A stretch of DNA of 64,000 nt, taken from IMG/VR virus record IMGVR_UViG_3300032893_000001, positions 1-64,000 of that record; one strand, written 5' to 3'. Of the stretch, positions 9,199 to 18,768 are shown in pieces. Numbering within the stretch: the stretch's first letter is position 1; each line of letters starts with the position of its first letter. Origin of the DNA: a virus. The position numbers and the translations under genes were made by a program. Under the pieces are notes generated by a model. The model did no database searches. It worked only from the letters and a program-made list of their open reading frames with translations, and was not told the origin of the DNA.

Positions 9199-9699
9199 TC
9201 ACTCGAAGGTGTAGACGACGTGCATGTTGTCGTTGACCGAGTACGCGAAGCCGAAGTACGGCGGCGTCGGCGTGCCATACGGTGTGCCGTAGACCTTGCC
9301 GATCGTGTCGTTGCCGGTGTCGAAGCCGAGAACCGCGTTGGCCGTTCCCGTCTTGTCGATGGTGATGCCGTTCGCCGGCGAGGACTCGACGATGACCAAG
9401 TGGCCTTCGAACTGGCGGACCTTGACGCCCGCGATCGCTCCCTCGATCTGCGACTTGATCTCCTTGAAGAGGAGCTTGCCGCCTGGGTTCGCACCCGCGA
9501 TGAAGGTGCACGTGCCTGCGGGGCCAGGCGCCTTCGTCTTGAAGGTCAGCCCGACGAGCGGAGGGATGTCGCGCTGACCGCCGCCACCCTGAGCGATCGT
9601 CTGCGCGAAGTACGAGACGTCGCCGCCGACAACGGCGCCGTTCAGGAACATGTTGAGCTCGTCGAGCTCGCGGAACTTGTTGACCTTCCAAATCGCCAT
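9199..9699 (-). CDS. Virion structural protein
   Basis: 166 aa, GAGGA RBS, strong GC3 bias, in the head operon. Confidence 0.6.
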   Translation of the reverse strand: MAIWKVNKFRELDELNMFLNGAVVGGDVSYFAQTIAQGGGGQRDIPPLVGLTFKTKAPGPAGTCTFIAGANPGGKLLFKEIKSQIEGAIAGVKVRQFEGHLVIVESSPANGITIDKTGTANAVLGFDTGNDTIGKVYGTPYGTPTPPYFGFAYSVNDNMHVVYTFE

Positions 9700-9706
9700 G
9701 GTGTCC

Positions 9707-10207
9707 TCAGTAGGCTGCGTAGGTGGCGTTGACGGCCCAGAGCTCCGAGTGCACGCCGCTGTTCGACGGACCCAAGATGCCCTCGATGTTGAGAGCGACC
9801 TTCACGCGTTGCTTGAGCTGATCGGTGTACGACTTGTAGTACTGGAGCCAGGATAGCAGCAACGGGGCCTTGTCGTTGACGCCCACGTTGATGCCGCCGG
9901 TCGAGTAGTTGATGTGGTTGCGGATCTGAAGAAGAGCGACCGACTCGATGAGCGAGATGACCGTCATGCGGCGCAGAAGGGCGTGCTGGTTGCGCATGAG
10001 CATCTCCTCGAGGGACATCGAGGTGAAGTGCGGCGTGCCGTTGAAGTCGGAGAGGGCATCGAGAATCGACCAAGCGATCTGCCGATCGCTCGACTCCTCT
10101 CCACGCACGATGCGGTTCAACTCAGGGAGGTCCCGCATGTACAGGCGCACGTCCTGTACGAAGTTCCTCATCGTTTGAGTGACCCCAGGAATGCCCTCGA
10201 GCGACAC
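9707..10207 (-). CDS. Head-tail adaptor/neck-like protein
   Basis: 166-aa helical protein (DVRLYMRD...N...SDRQI) downstream of the capsid gene; GGAGG RBS. Confidence 0.55.
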   Translation of the reverse strand: MSLEGIPGVTQTMRNFVQDVRLYMRDLPELNRIVRGEESSDRQIAWSILDALSDFNGTPHFTSMSLEEMLMRNQHALLRRMTVISLIESVALLQIRNHINYSTGGINVGVNDKAPLLLSWLQYYKSYTDQLKQRVKVALNIEGILGPSNSGVHSELWAVNATYAAY

Positions 10208-10210
10208 GCG

Positions 10211-10831
10211 TCACCTCCGCGATTTCTTCTCGACGTACTCGACCTCGTCTGCGTCCACGTCCGCCAAGTCCTCGAGAGAAGGACCGCCGAACATGTTCGT
10301 ACTCGCCGGCTGCTCCTCCGAAGCCTTCGCCTCGATTTTCTTCTTCGGAACGTACGGGGCGTTCGGCGGAAGAGCGGGAACGATGTGCCCCTCTTTGACC
10401 GGAGGAGGAAGCGGCGCAGGCACCGGCTCCTTCGACAAGATCTCCGGCCTCGCGAGAGGATCGACCGCGAGCTCGTTGGACAGATCGAGCTTGCGGAACG
10501 TGCGACCGATGGGAAGGTCGTTGTGCGCCGAGTCCGGAAGCCGTTCGGGGTGCAGCTTCGGATCGGGCGTCTTCTGCTTCGGCGCCAGGTGCAGCAGATC
10601 GACGGGTTCTCCCGTCGGCAGCTTGACCTCGAGAACACCGTCCCTCTCGAGCTGCTTGAGCGTTTCGAGATTGCGACTCAGCTCTTCCTCGCTGATGACC
10701 GTCGGACGCCCCGGTACGAGGCGGCGCTGGGTGTCGAGAACGAACTGCGTGCGGCGCACATGCGTCGGCTGCGTCGCGCGCAGCGTGCGCGTCTTGAGCG
10801 AGCGGACCGTGCTGTGAAGGCAGTACTCCAT
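10211..10831 (-). CDS. Hypothetical protein (206 aa)
   Basis: Start reassigned to ATG 10831 (GGAGAG RBS), just after the capsid terminator. Confidence 0.65.
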   Translation of the reverse strand: MEYCLHSTVRSLKTRTLRATQPTHVRRTQFVLDTQRRLVPGRPTVISEEELSRNLETLKQLERDGVLEVKLPTGEPVDLLHLAPKQKTPDPKLHPERLPDSAHNDLPIGRTFRKLDLSNELAVDPLARPEILSKEPVPAPLPPPVKEGHIVPALPPNAPYVPKKKIEAKASEEQPASTNMFGGPSLEDLADVDADEVEYVEKKSRR

Positions 10832-10841
10832 AGACTCTCCG

Positions 10842-10885
10842 AAAAAGCACAAGGCGCCGGCACCTGCCGGTACCGACGCCTCGTG
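10842..10885 (-). terminator. Intrinsic terminator after major capsid gene
   Basis: 16-bp stem CACGAGGCGTCGGTAC/GTGCCGGCGCCTTGTG (with G-U pairs), loop CGGCAG, then CTTTTT. Confidence 0.75.
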
Positions 10886-10922
10886 AGTTGCGCCAGACCG
10901 CCGTGGCCTGACGGTGTCCCGC

Positions 10923-12044
10923 TCAGTACTGGTTGACCTGCGGGAACTGGAGGCCCGTGTCGACGCGGTTGTTGACCGCACCGAGCGCGTCCTCGGCGAC
11001 CGGGATGAAGCTCGAGAGCAGCCCATCCGCGTTGTTCGACGTCGCGTCGGCCGAGTAGAGCTCGAGTTTGCGCACCGCCGCGATGTTGATGATCCCCATA
11101 CCGATGTCCTCCCACGCCTGGAAGGTGATCATGTTGGCGATCTTGTCGATGTAGAACTTCGAGTTGTTCAGGACGTAGAACTTCCCGAAGAACTCCGGGC
11201 GGGTGAAGCAGTACACGTTGCCCGCGCGGAGGATGTCCGTCTTGACCGTGCGGATGTACGCGCGGCCGAGCAGCGTGTTGTACTTGTACCCGTCGACCGC
11301 CGTCTCCGACTGGAGGCGATCGCCGAAGTCCTCGACCGTCCACTGAAGGAGGTCGTCCCAGTCGACTTCCGTCATCAGGACGCGCTCCGAGCGGAGGCGG
11401 TTGCCGTCGAGCAACTTGAAGAGGTTGACGAGGTCCGGGCGCTGGATCGGGCGCACGGTCGCGTCGTTCTTGCCGGCGTTGCGCGCGAGCTCGCCCTTGC
11501 GGACGGAGAACTCGACGACGGCGCCCGCGTTGATGTTCGACCAGTTCAGCGAGGTGATCGTGCCGCCGTTCGCTTCCTGCTGGAGCGCTTGGACGGCCGC
11601 CTCGATGTTGATCGTGAACTCGCGGTCCTCGATCTCCTGGATGTCCTTCACCGAGTTGTCCTCGATGATCTTGGTGATGGGCATCTCGTAGGCGAGAAGC
11701 TCCTGCTCCGTCTTCTGGAACATCTCCGAGGAGATGGTGAAGAAGGCGACCTCGGCCTTCGCACCGCGGATGAAGCGGGCGGTGGGCTGACCGCGGAACG
11801 AGATCGAGAGCGCGCGGCTCTGCGGCTCGACGTCCACGATCTTGACGAGGGTGTCGTGGTTGACGCTGCGCTGGCAGTCGGCGCGGGTGACCTGCTCGGG
11901 AGGAAGAACTTTCCTCGCGTAGGACACTTCGCGGAGACGATCACGGACGTACGAACCGCCGTACTCTGCGATCTTCTCCTTGCCTTCCTGCGTGCCCAGC
12001 TTCTGGGTGAACAGGTCGTTGAGGACTCGTGCGGGGACACTCAT
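10923..12044 (-). CDS. Major capsid protein (HK97-type)
   Basis: 373 aa with very strong codon bias and a purine-rich RBS; follows protease/scaffold/decoration genes and is followed by a terminator; N-terminal EKIA motif. Confidence 0.8.
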   Translation of the reverse strand: MSVPARVLNDLFTQKLGTQEGKEKIAEYGGSYVRDRLREVSYARKVLPPEQVTRADCQRSVNHDTLVKIVDVEPQSRALSISFRGQPTARFIRGAKAEVAFFTISSEMFQKTEQELLAYEMPITKIIEDNSVKDIQEIEDREFTINIEAAVQALQQEANGGTITSLNWSNINAGAVVEFSVRKGELARNAGKNDATVRPIQRPDLVNLFKLLDGNRLRSERVLMTEVDWDDLLQWTVEDFGDRLQSETAVDGYKYNTLLGRAYIRTVKTDILRAGNVYCFTRPEFFGKFYVLNNSKFYIDKIANMITFQAWEDIGMGIINIAAVRKLELYSADATSNNADGLLSSFIPVAEDALGAVNNRVDTGLQFPQVNQY

Positions 12045-12086
12045 GGTCTTCTCCTTCTCCTTCTTGTTGCCGCTCTGGCGTCCCGC

Positions 12087-12614
12087 TTACGAGCGGTACC
12101 CGGAGATGAAGCGGAGCTTGTTGCCGTTGCTCGCCGGAAGGCGGGTGACGTACCCGACGATCGGCGCCGAATCTCCCGCGCCACCGTGGCCGACGAGGCC
12201 GCAGTAGAAGCGAGAACCGAGCTGGATCGACGACACCTTCACGGGCTGGAGCACCGTGGTGATCGCCGCACCCGAGCCCACGACGAGCGAGGCGTCGTAG
12301 ATGCGCGTGTCGAACTCGTACGCGCCGAGGAAGATGACCGGCATCTTGCGGCCTGCCATCGCCTGGACGTCGTAACGACCGCGCTCCGCCCACAGCGGGA
12401 AGCAGCGCACAGTGGCGCCGTTGCCCGCCGCAGCGATGCTCGCGCCGCGAATGAGCTGGTAGCTCGAGTTGAGCGTCATCCACTCGCCGTCGACCGTCCC
12501 CGTGGTGGCGTTCGTGGGGTCGGCCAACGTCGGATCGGCGAGCGGGAAATCCCTCCGGTGGAGCGGAAGGATGTCCGTCACCGGCTCGAAATTGATCCTC
12601 TGGACCGTCGACAT
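12087..12614 (-). CDS. Capsid decoration/cement-like protein
   Basis: 175 aa, beta-rich, directly upstream of the capsid gene; GGAGG RBS. Confidence 0.55.
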   Translation of the reverse strand: MSTVQRINFEPVTDILPLHRRDFPLADPTLADPTNATTGTVDGEWMTLNSSYQLIRGASIAAAGNGATVRCFPLWAERGRYDVQAMAGRKMPVIFLGAYEFDTRIYDASLVVGSGAAITTVLQPVKVSSIQLGSRFYCGLVGHGGAGDSAPIVGYVTRLPASNGNKLRFISGYRS

Positions 12615-12649
12615 GATGATTTCCTCCTAGAACCGATGTTCAGCCGAAC

Positions 12650-13003
12650 TCAGCCGCCCGTGAGGAACGACTCCAAGTCGGAGCCGCCCACGTGAGACTG
12701 GTTGTCGTTGGTGAGCGAAGCGAGCTTCCGTCCCATGTCGGGACCGACGAGGTTCACTGCGTTCTTGATCTCCCCGAGCTTGCCGCTTTCGGCCATCTTC
12801 TCGAGGTTCGTCACGAGTTGCTCGAAGGGCTCGTTGCTGATGCCCTTGCTCTGCATCTCGTGAGCGACTTTCTCCGCCTCCGCACGGCGCTCGTACTGAG
12901 CGACCTTCGTGCGAAGCTCGTCGCGCTCGGCCGTGACCGAACGCAGCGCGGTGGCAGCGTCGTTGAGGACTTCTGCGACCTTGTCGTGGCTGATCTTCTC
13001 CAT
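12650..13003 (-). CDS. Small coiled-coil scaffold-like protein
   Basis: 117 aa; EKIS, DKVA, EKVA, EKMA, RKLA motifs. Confidence 0.65.
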   Translation of the reverse strand: MEKISHDKVAEVLNDAATALRSVTAERDELRTKVAQYERRAEAEKVAHEMQSKGISNEPFEQLVTNLEKMAESGKLGEIKNAVNLVGPDMGRKLASLTNDNQSHVGGSDLESFLTGG

Positions 13004-13013
13004 GGTCCCTTCC

Positions 13014-14279
13014 TCACGCCGTCGGGTTGGTCTGCTCGTCGAGCAGGGTCTCGAGGAGAGCGCGCGCAGCCGCGACCTTCACGCCGCCGTTCGCACTGCC
13101 GAACTTGGTGCCCGCCTGCGCGGTGCTGTCGAACGCCGCGCGGAGCGTGCTGTCGGTCTGCGACGACAGAGCCGGCTCGTCGAGCCACTTCTTCATGTCG
13201 CTCTTCGGACCAGACTTGGCCTGCCCCTTGGTGTAGTTGATGGCCGCCTGGTTCGAGCCGACGAGCTCGGTGTTCGGACCGGGCTTGCCGCCGGCGGGCG
13301 CGCCGCCCGCTTCACCCGCAGCGCTGGTCTCCGGCGGAACGGCGGGACCCGCCGAGATGTGCGCCGGGTTGATCGCGTCCTCGGCCTTCTTGCTGATGCC
13401 GAGGCGCGCGAGGTTGCCTTCGAGGAGAGCAGACGCCTTCTTCTCGGGCTTGCACTCGCACGCGGTCTTGTCCTTGCCGCACTTCTCGCACTTCTCCGCG
13501 GCGACCTTCTTCAGGCCGAGGCGCGCGAGGTTGCTCTCGAGCAGATCTGCCGAGGCCACCTTCTGCGGGGTGTGCCCCGGCGTCGAGTGGTGCTCGTTCG
13601 TCTCGAGCGCGTTGGCAGCCTGATCCGACGGGCGCACCTTCTCGGTGCCCGGCTTGTGCGGCGGCTGCTGATGCGCCTGACCCTTGTGGTCCGGAAGCGA
13701 CGTCGATGCGGTCGCGTGCGACACCTCGAGCGCACCGGGTCCCTTGCCGGGAGCCTGGATGTGCTCGGTGATGTGCGCCGGCGGCGCGGCGCTGGCCGCG
13801 CTCTTGTGGAACTCGCTCGCGAGGAACTCGAGAGCGCCGGCGAGCTTGTCGACGTACTCCGTCGGCACCGACATCTCTTGCTCCAGTGCGCTCGCGGTCT
13901 TCTCCCCCGAGAGGTTCTCCGCCTGACGACGGGCCTCTTCGCTGATGCGCGCACGGGAGATGGAGCCAGCCTGCGCTGCCTTGACCAGGTCCTGAAGCGA
14001 CGGTTTCGATGCCATCCCTGTTCCGTTCATGATTGACCCGTACTTTGGTGGTAGCGACTTCTGAGAGACTGCGCCAGCATCAGGTGCTGGCATCGAGCCC
14101 GAGTTCACTCGGGTGAAGTTGTTCCGATGGGCCATTCCAGTTGGCCCCCGCTTCCCCGGCGCAAGTCGCGAGACGATCTGCGGCTGCGGAAGCGGAGAAG
14201 ATCCCGCTGCGGACAGGAGTGAGCCTCCCGAGGATTCCCCCTCGGCTTGCTTGCGCATGGCTGCACTCCCATCCCACAA
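13014..14279 (-). CDS. Low-complexity scaffold/inner-head protein
   Basis: Ala/Gly/Pro-rich; about ten K-x-A motifs; duplicated LLExNLARLG segment; AAGGAG RBS. Start uncertain. Confidence 0.65.
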   Translation of the reverse strand: MWDGSAAMRKQAEGESSGGSLLSAAGSSPLPQPQIVSRLAPGKRGPTGMAHRNNFTRVNSGSMPAPDAGAVSQKSLPPKYGSIMNGTGMASKPSLQDLVKAAQAGSISRARISEEARRQAENLSGEKTASALEQEMSVPTEYVDKLAGALEFLASEFHKSAASAAPPAHITEHIQAPGKGPGALEVSHATASTSLPDHKGQAHQQPPHKPGTEKVRPSDQAANALETNEHHSTPGHTPQKVASADLLESNLARLGLKKVAAEKCEKCGKDKTACECKPEKKASALLEGNLARLGISKKAEDAINPAHISAGPAVPPETSAAGEAGGAPAGGKPGPNTELVGSNQAAINYTKGQAKSGPKSDMKKWLDEPALSSQTDSTLRAAFDSTAQAGTKFGSANGGVKVAAARALLETLLDEQTNPTA

Positions 14280-14292
14280 CGGTCTCTCCTTG

Positions 14293-15096
14293 TCAGCCCT
14301 TGGGCTGCTCCCAGGTCACGGGGTAACCCGCCGCCTCGAGGAGCTCGAGAGCGCGGATCTCCTTGGCCTGCGGGAACTCGGTGGCGGCGGCCACCTTGCT
14401 GTTGTCCTCGTTGAAGCCGAGGGTGAGGACCGCCGACACGCGCGCGGTCGCCTCGTCGCGATCGAAACCGGCCGAGGCCGCTTTCTCGATGGCGAAGGCG
14501 GCAGAGACTTGGGTGAGCGCCGAAGGCGACGCCTTCTTGCTCACGGAGGCTTTCTTCTCCTCCTTCTTCTCTTCCTTCTTCTCCTCGTCCTTCTTCTCTT
14601 CCTTCTCGCCGCCGCCGTCCTTCTTGCCGAGCGCGGCCGCGAGCTGCGGCGGCATCGCCGCCTCTTTCGAGCCCAGGAAGTCGAAGCCGCCTTCGGAGGC
14701 GATCTTGCGGAGCTCCGCCACGTAGGCGTGCGCCATCTGACGACCGAAGAAGTCGGCCTCGGCGAACTTCGCCTGCGCTTCCTTGGTCTGGAGCCACTCG
14801 TTCATCGCCTGCGCCTCGGCCTTCTTCTCGCCGTGGTGCTTGTGGCCGTGCTGCGCAGCCTTCTTGTCCTTGTGCGCGTGGCCGTGCTCTTTCTTCTCTT
14901 CCTCGCCCGCCGTCTTGGCGAACGTGGCGTTCCAGAGCTCGGTGATCTGGCTGTCGTTCAGCGTGCTCAGGTCGATGCCGTTCTCGGCGGCCATCTTCGC
15001 GAAGAGCTCGGCTTGAGCGACCTTCTCGGCGTCAGCGGTCTGCTGAGGCTGGGTCGTGCCGTACGCGTGCGCGAGGTATTCGTGCATCCCACTCAT
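14293..15096 (-). CDS. Scaffold-like inner-head protein
   Basis: 267 aa; about a dozen K-x-A motifs, K/E tract, His-rich patch; ATGA-coupled to the protease gene. Confidence 0.7.
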   Translation of the reverse strand: MSGMHEYLAHAYGTTQPQQTADAEKVAQAELFAKMAAENGIDLSTLNDSQITELWNATFAKTAGEEEKKEHGHAHKDKKAAQHGHKHHGEKKAEAQAMNEWLQTKEAQAKFAEADFFGRQMAHAYVAELRKIASEGGFDFLGSKEAAMPPQLAAALGKKDGGGEKEEKKDEEKKEEKKEEKKASVSKKASPSALTQVSAAFAIEKAASAGFDRDEATARVSAVLTLGFNEDNSKVAAATEFPQAKEIRALELLEAAGYPVTWEQPKG

Positions 15097-16832
15097 GAGT
15101 GGACTCCTTCATCGAGGGTTGGTGAGTTCCACGTGTTCCTCGAGGGGAGTCCCCTCTCCACGCCGGCGTTCGCCTGTTTGGAGTGGCCGACCTCGTCCAA
15201 GAACGCGTTCTTGAGATAGGCAGCCGACAAGGATGTGAATAGCTCGTTCACGTGGGCCTGTGCAAGTTTCTTGAGACTACCGTCGGAAAGACCGGAGCGA
15301 TCGATCATGTCCTGCACTTCAGGAACGAGATGAAGAATCGCTTGGCGATAGCCGTTGTACGCACTCCCAATCTTACGCAGCAGATCTGACGAATGGGAAG
15401 AATCTGTTTTTCGGGCTACCGGCGACCCCTTCCCAATGATGACCAAAACCCGCTTCTCGATGGCAGGTCCGAAGGCAGATCGATCGGAAAGAAGCGGGAG
15501 AAGCAGCTTCGCGAGCGCGGAGTGAAAGAGGTCGGAACGAAGGGAAACGGGGTCCGTTTCTTCGCTCTTTGGAAAGACGACTCCACGTTGCTCGAGATCG
15601 TCCGCGACGTCTTTTTGACCTCCGCGAACGAGGATGATCCGCTGGAACTCCTTCGGTCGAAGAACCATACCGAGCCCAGTGGTCGTAGAGAGCGCTTCAC
15701 CAAGCGGACGCGACGCAAGCGCATCGAGCACCTCCTCGGGTAGATCCGGCTCGTGACGAGTGAGCAGCGGAACAGCCTTGCCAGCGAACTGCGAGGGGAC
15801 CGTGTCTTTCACGATCTCGCTCTTCTTCAGCTTCGCGGCTTTCCCGAGGAAGGCCATCTTGAACGCGTCTTCTTCAGAAGCGCTCGCAGTCTTTTCTTCT
15901 TGTTCGTCTTCTTCGACGTACCCGAGCTTCTCTGCGATTTCCGCTGAGGGCAACGACCACAATTTGCTCTCGCCGTCGGCGATCTTCATCATCACCTTCG
16001 CCGTCTTGTCGGCACCGATGAAGACGAAGCTGATGTCGAAGAACTTCGGGTAGTCGTTGTAGACGAAGACCTTTCGTCCGTCGGACAAGATCTTGTTCAT
16101 CGAGCCGCGCGCGTGCTCGCAGTAGTCGGCGCGCGTGATCGACAAGCCGCGGATGCCCTTGCCGTTCTTCGCCTTGAGCTGCTTGTGAACCTCGAGGATT
16201 GCCTCTCCGGGCGTACGATGACGATCCTTCTTGAACGTCGCCATCGCCTTTCGGTACGCCTCCCAGTCGAGGCAGATCGAACACGTATCGAAGGGAACCT
16301 TGCAGCCCATCGAAACGTCCGGGAAGTGTCCGGCCTTGAGTTTGTCCCAGACGCCCGTACCGCCGAACTGGTCGCACTTGTCCTTGTCGACGCGGGTGAC
16401 CAATTCGACGCGCTTCATCCGGTTGTTCCAGAGAGCGAGCTCGACTTCTCCGAAGGCGCGCGTCGCGTCCTTGTTCCGATGGTGCGCGTACGGGTGCGCC
16501 AAGTAGAACGTCGGGTAGCCGTAGCCCCACGTCTTGGCCTTCTCGCGATCAAGCAGCGGATTGCCGCTCCAGTCATCCGGAGCGTGGATGAGCGCAGCCT
16601 CGGGGAAGTAGTCGCCGTTGACGTTCGAGCCCCAGAACTCGCCAGCACCCATCGCGTTCAGCAGAACGTACTGCGCGTCGCTGCGTGGACGAAGCGTGTG
16701 GATGTAACGAACGACTTCCGGCAACAAGTCAGGAGACGCGACCTTCTCGAGGTACTCATCGGCACGCGTGAACAGCGGGATCGCCGCTGGCCCGTACGCC
16801 GCATGACTCGAGAAGAAGCTCGTCTTGATCAT
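15093..16832 (-). CDS. Capsid maturation (prohead) protease, HK97/herpes assemblin-like fold
   Basis: NxNGDxF, HHRN (candidate catalytic His), DVSMG (candidate catalytic Ser), CSIC Zn insert and FFDISFVFIGAD; lies upstream of scaffold and capsid genes. Confidence 0.8.
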   Translation of the reverse strand: MIKTSFFSSHAAYGPAAIPLFTRADEYLEKVASPDLLPEVVRYIHTLRPRSDAQYVLLNAMGAGEFWGSNVNGDYFPEAALIHAPDDWSGNPLLDREKAKTWGYGYPTFYLAHPYAHHRNKDATRAFGEVELALWNNRMKRVELVTRVDKDKCDQFGGTGVWDKLKAGHFPDVSMGCKVPFDTCSICLDWEAYRKAMATFKKDRHRTPGEAILEVHKQLKAKNGKGIRGLSITRADYCEHARGSMNKILSDGRKVFVYNDYPKFFDISFVFIGADKTAKVMMKIADGESKLWSLPSAEIAEKLGYVEEDEQEEKTASASEEDAFKMAFLGKAAKLKKSEIVKDTVPSQFAGKAVPLLTRHEPDLPEEVLDALASRPLGEALSTTTGLGMVLRPKEFQRIILVRGGQKDVADDLEQRGVVFPKSEETDPVSLRSDLFHSALAKLLLPLLSDRSAFGPAIEKRVLVIIGKGSPVARKTDSSHSSDLLRKIGSAYNGYRQAILHLVPEVQDMIDRSGLSDGSLKKLAQAHVNELFTSLSAAYLKNAFLDEVGHSKQANAGVERGLPSRNTWNSPTLDEGVHS

Positions 16833-17419
16833 TCGCGGCCGGACGGCACGTGGAAGTACTCGCTTCCGCCACGACCGTGCTCTCCTTCCGGGCGACGACG
16901 GGTAGCTTGCTGCTGCTCCCGCATGTGCGCCTTGGTGCCCTCCATCACGCCGCCGCCGGCGCTGTGAAGAAAGGCTTCGCCGATCTCCGACTCGGGAAGA
17001 GCCTTGCGGTGCGACAGCGCTTCGATGAGCGCGCCACCAGCGCTGTCCGGGCGCAACATCATCATGCGGCGCATGTACGTACCCGCGATCATCGGGTCCT
17101 TGGTGAACTCCGGATTGATCGTGCGCAGAGAGCTGAAGGACTCGTTGAACTCCTTCGGGCGCGTCGCCAGGAACTCGTGCAGGTCCGCGTTGAATGAAGA
17201 TCCCATCATCGCTCGGAAGTCACGACCCTTGGTGACTGCATCCCAAATCTTCGAAGCGGCGACGCCAGCACCTGCGATCGCGGCGCCGGCGACGGCGGTT
17301 CCCGCACCGGTTGCGGCCGCTCGACCGACCTGCTGCCCGAATCCACGAAGACCATCGAGCGGACCCGCCGCCGTCTTCGTCCCGTGCTTCTCCGCCAAGT
17401 ACTTCTCGAGAGGGTTCAT
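16829..17419 (-). CDS. Glycine-zipper inner-head protein
   Basis: TKTA motif followed by GAGTAVAGAAIAGAGVAA. Confidence 0.65.
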   Translation of the reverse strand: MNPLEKYLAEKHGTKTAAGPLDGLRGFGQQVGRAAATGAGTAVAGAAIAGAGVAASKIWDAVTKGRDFRAMMGSSFNADLHEFLATRPKEFNESFSSLRTINPEFTKDPMIAGTYMRRMMMLRPDSAGGALIEALSHRKALPESEIGEAFLHSAGGGVMEGTKAHMREQQQATRRRPEGEHGRGGSEYFHVPSGRE

Positions 17420-17425
17420 GTTGCC

Positions 17426-18733
17426 TCAGTAGCCCATGGGGAAGGGGTAGCCGCTGTACTGGTACGCGAGCTCTTGGCTCTTTTGCTGATACTCCGGCGT
17501 GCCGGGAATGAACGACTTCAGTGTCTGGCCGACAGGAGAAGCGCCGAGCGCAGAGAGGTGCTGCGCGCCGCGGACCGCAGCGAGTCCACCGATAGCGTGC
17601 GGAATATGCGTGACCGCTCCGCCAGCGATTCTGCCCATGGTCTCGGCCGCGGAGCTTCCGGGGCCGAAAAGCAGGTCGCCCACGGCCCTACCGCCTTTTC
17701 CCACGAGCTTTCCGCCCTCCTCGAAGGTGTCAACCACACTTCGAAGCAGGCCAGGACGCGGCATTTTCGGTGCGGCCTCCTTCACGCCAGCGATCTCCGC
17801 CAGCTTGTCGTAGAAGGCCGAAACGCGCTCCGGCGTCGCCTTGCGCAAGAAGCTCACGGTCTCGTCCAACGCGAGCTTGGTCTGCTCTCGGGTCTCGCGG
17901 ACCGCCGCGAGCTTGTCGAGCGTCTCGCAGAACTCGGTCATCGTCACGACGAGCGGATGCTGCTCGTTGACCATCCGGTGCTCGCTGGCGGTCTTGCTGA
18001 TCGAGTCGTCGACGTCGATGAGGGTGCGGAAGACCTCCTCCTGCACGAGGCGCGGTCCGATCATCTCGAATGCCGTCTTGACATAGAGGGGGTCAGCGAC
18101 GAACGGCGCCCACGCCTGAACCACCTCCCCGAGCGTCGTGCCCGACATGGCCGCCTGCTTGACGTGCCCGTAGAGCTGCTCCGCGAGGTCCATGTACATG
18201 CCCTCGAGACCGCTGAGGACCGACGTCTCGTGCTCGTAGAGCGACGCAAGCTTGTCCTTCAGCTCGATCACTTCCCCGAACGGGTTGTGCTGCACCATCG
18301 CCGCTTCGGGGCGAGAGAGTGCCGAAGCGAATGCCTCTTCGGCTGCGGCCGACGCGACCTTCGTCTCCGCCGGAGGTGACGCGTAGTCGAGCATCCCACG
18401 GTCGTAAGTCGACCCACCTCCGCCATCGTTCAGGTCCTGAAGGACCGCGGCCGGATCTGCCGGGCCGCCCTGGAACTCGATGACGCGATGGGGCGAGCCT
18501 TCTTTCTTGAACTCGGTCAAGTACGCGGTCGTGTTGGCGAACTCGACGACGCGACGAACTTGCTCCGGAGAAAGCCCCGCGTGCTTGACGGTCTCGACCA
18601 CTGCTTGCGTCAGGTCACCGTCGCCGCGCGTGTAGAGATCGGCTGCTTTCTTGCCGAAAGCTTCGAGCTCTTCTCCCGAAATCGGACGAGCGTGCGATTG
18701 TTGAAGGAGGCTCTGAAACGGAAGGTCGTGCAT
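17426..18733 (-). CDS. Inner-head protein with K-x-A motifs and C-terminal Gly-rich tail
   Basis: 435 aa; KKA, KHA, KVA, KLA (x3), KQA, KTA (x2), KEA. Confidence 0.7.
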   Translation of the reverse strand: MHDLPFQSLLQQSHARPISGEELEAFGKKAADLYTRGDGDLTQAVVETVKHAGLSPEQVRRVVEFANTTAYLTEFKKEGSPHRVIEFQGGPADPAAVLQDLNDGGGGSTYDRGMLDYASPPAETKVASAAAEEAFASALSRPEAAMVQHNPFGEVIELKDKLASLYEHETSVLSGLEGMYMDLAEQLYGHVKQAAMSGTTLGEVVQAWAPFVADPLYVKTAFEMIGPRLVQEEVFRTLIDVDDSISKTASEHRMVNEQHPLVVTMTEFCETLDKLAAVRETREQTKLALDETVSFLRKATPERVSAFYDKLAEIAGVKEAAPKMPRPGLLRSVVDTFEEGGKLVGKGGRAVGDLLFGPGSSAAETMGRIAGGAVTHIPHAIGGLAAVRGAQHLSALGASPVGQTLKSFIPGTPEYQQKSQELAYQYSGYPFPMGY

Positions 18734-18768
18734 CCGGCACTCCAGTCGTGAGATAGCTAAGGAATAGC

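Noticed and set aside
9192-9494. Track-proposed N-terminal extensions (also 10832-11026, 43928-44389, 58623-59144, 36442-36645)
   Set aside because: They overlap neighbouring real genes; downstream starts have clear SD sequences or stop-start coupling.
6657-12044. Encapsulin nanocompartment operon (HK97 shell plus ferritin-like cargo)
   Set aside because: Portal, terminase, protease, neck and sheath genes show this is a tailed-phage head; kept only as an analogy.
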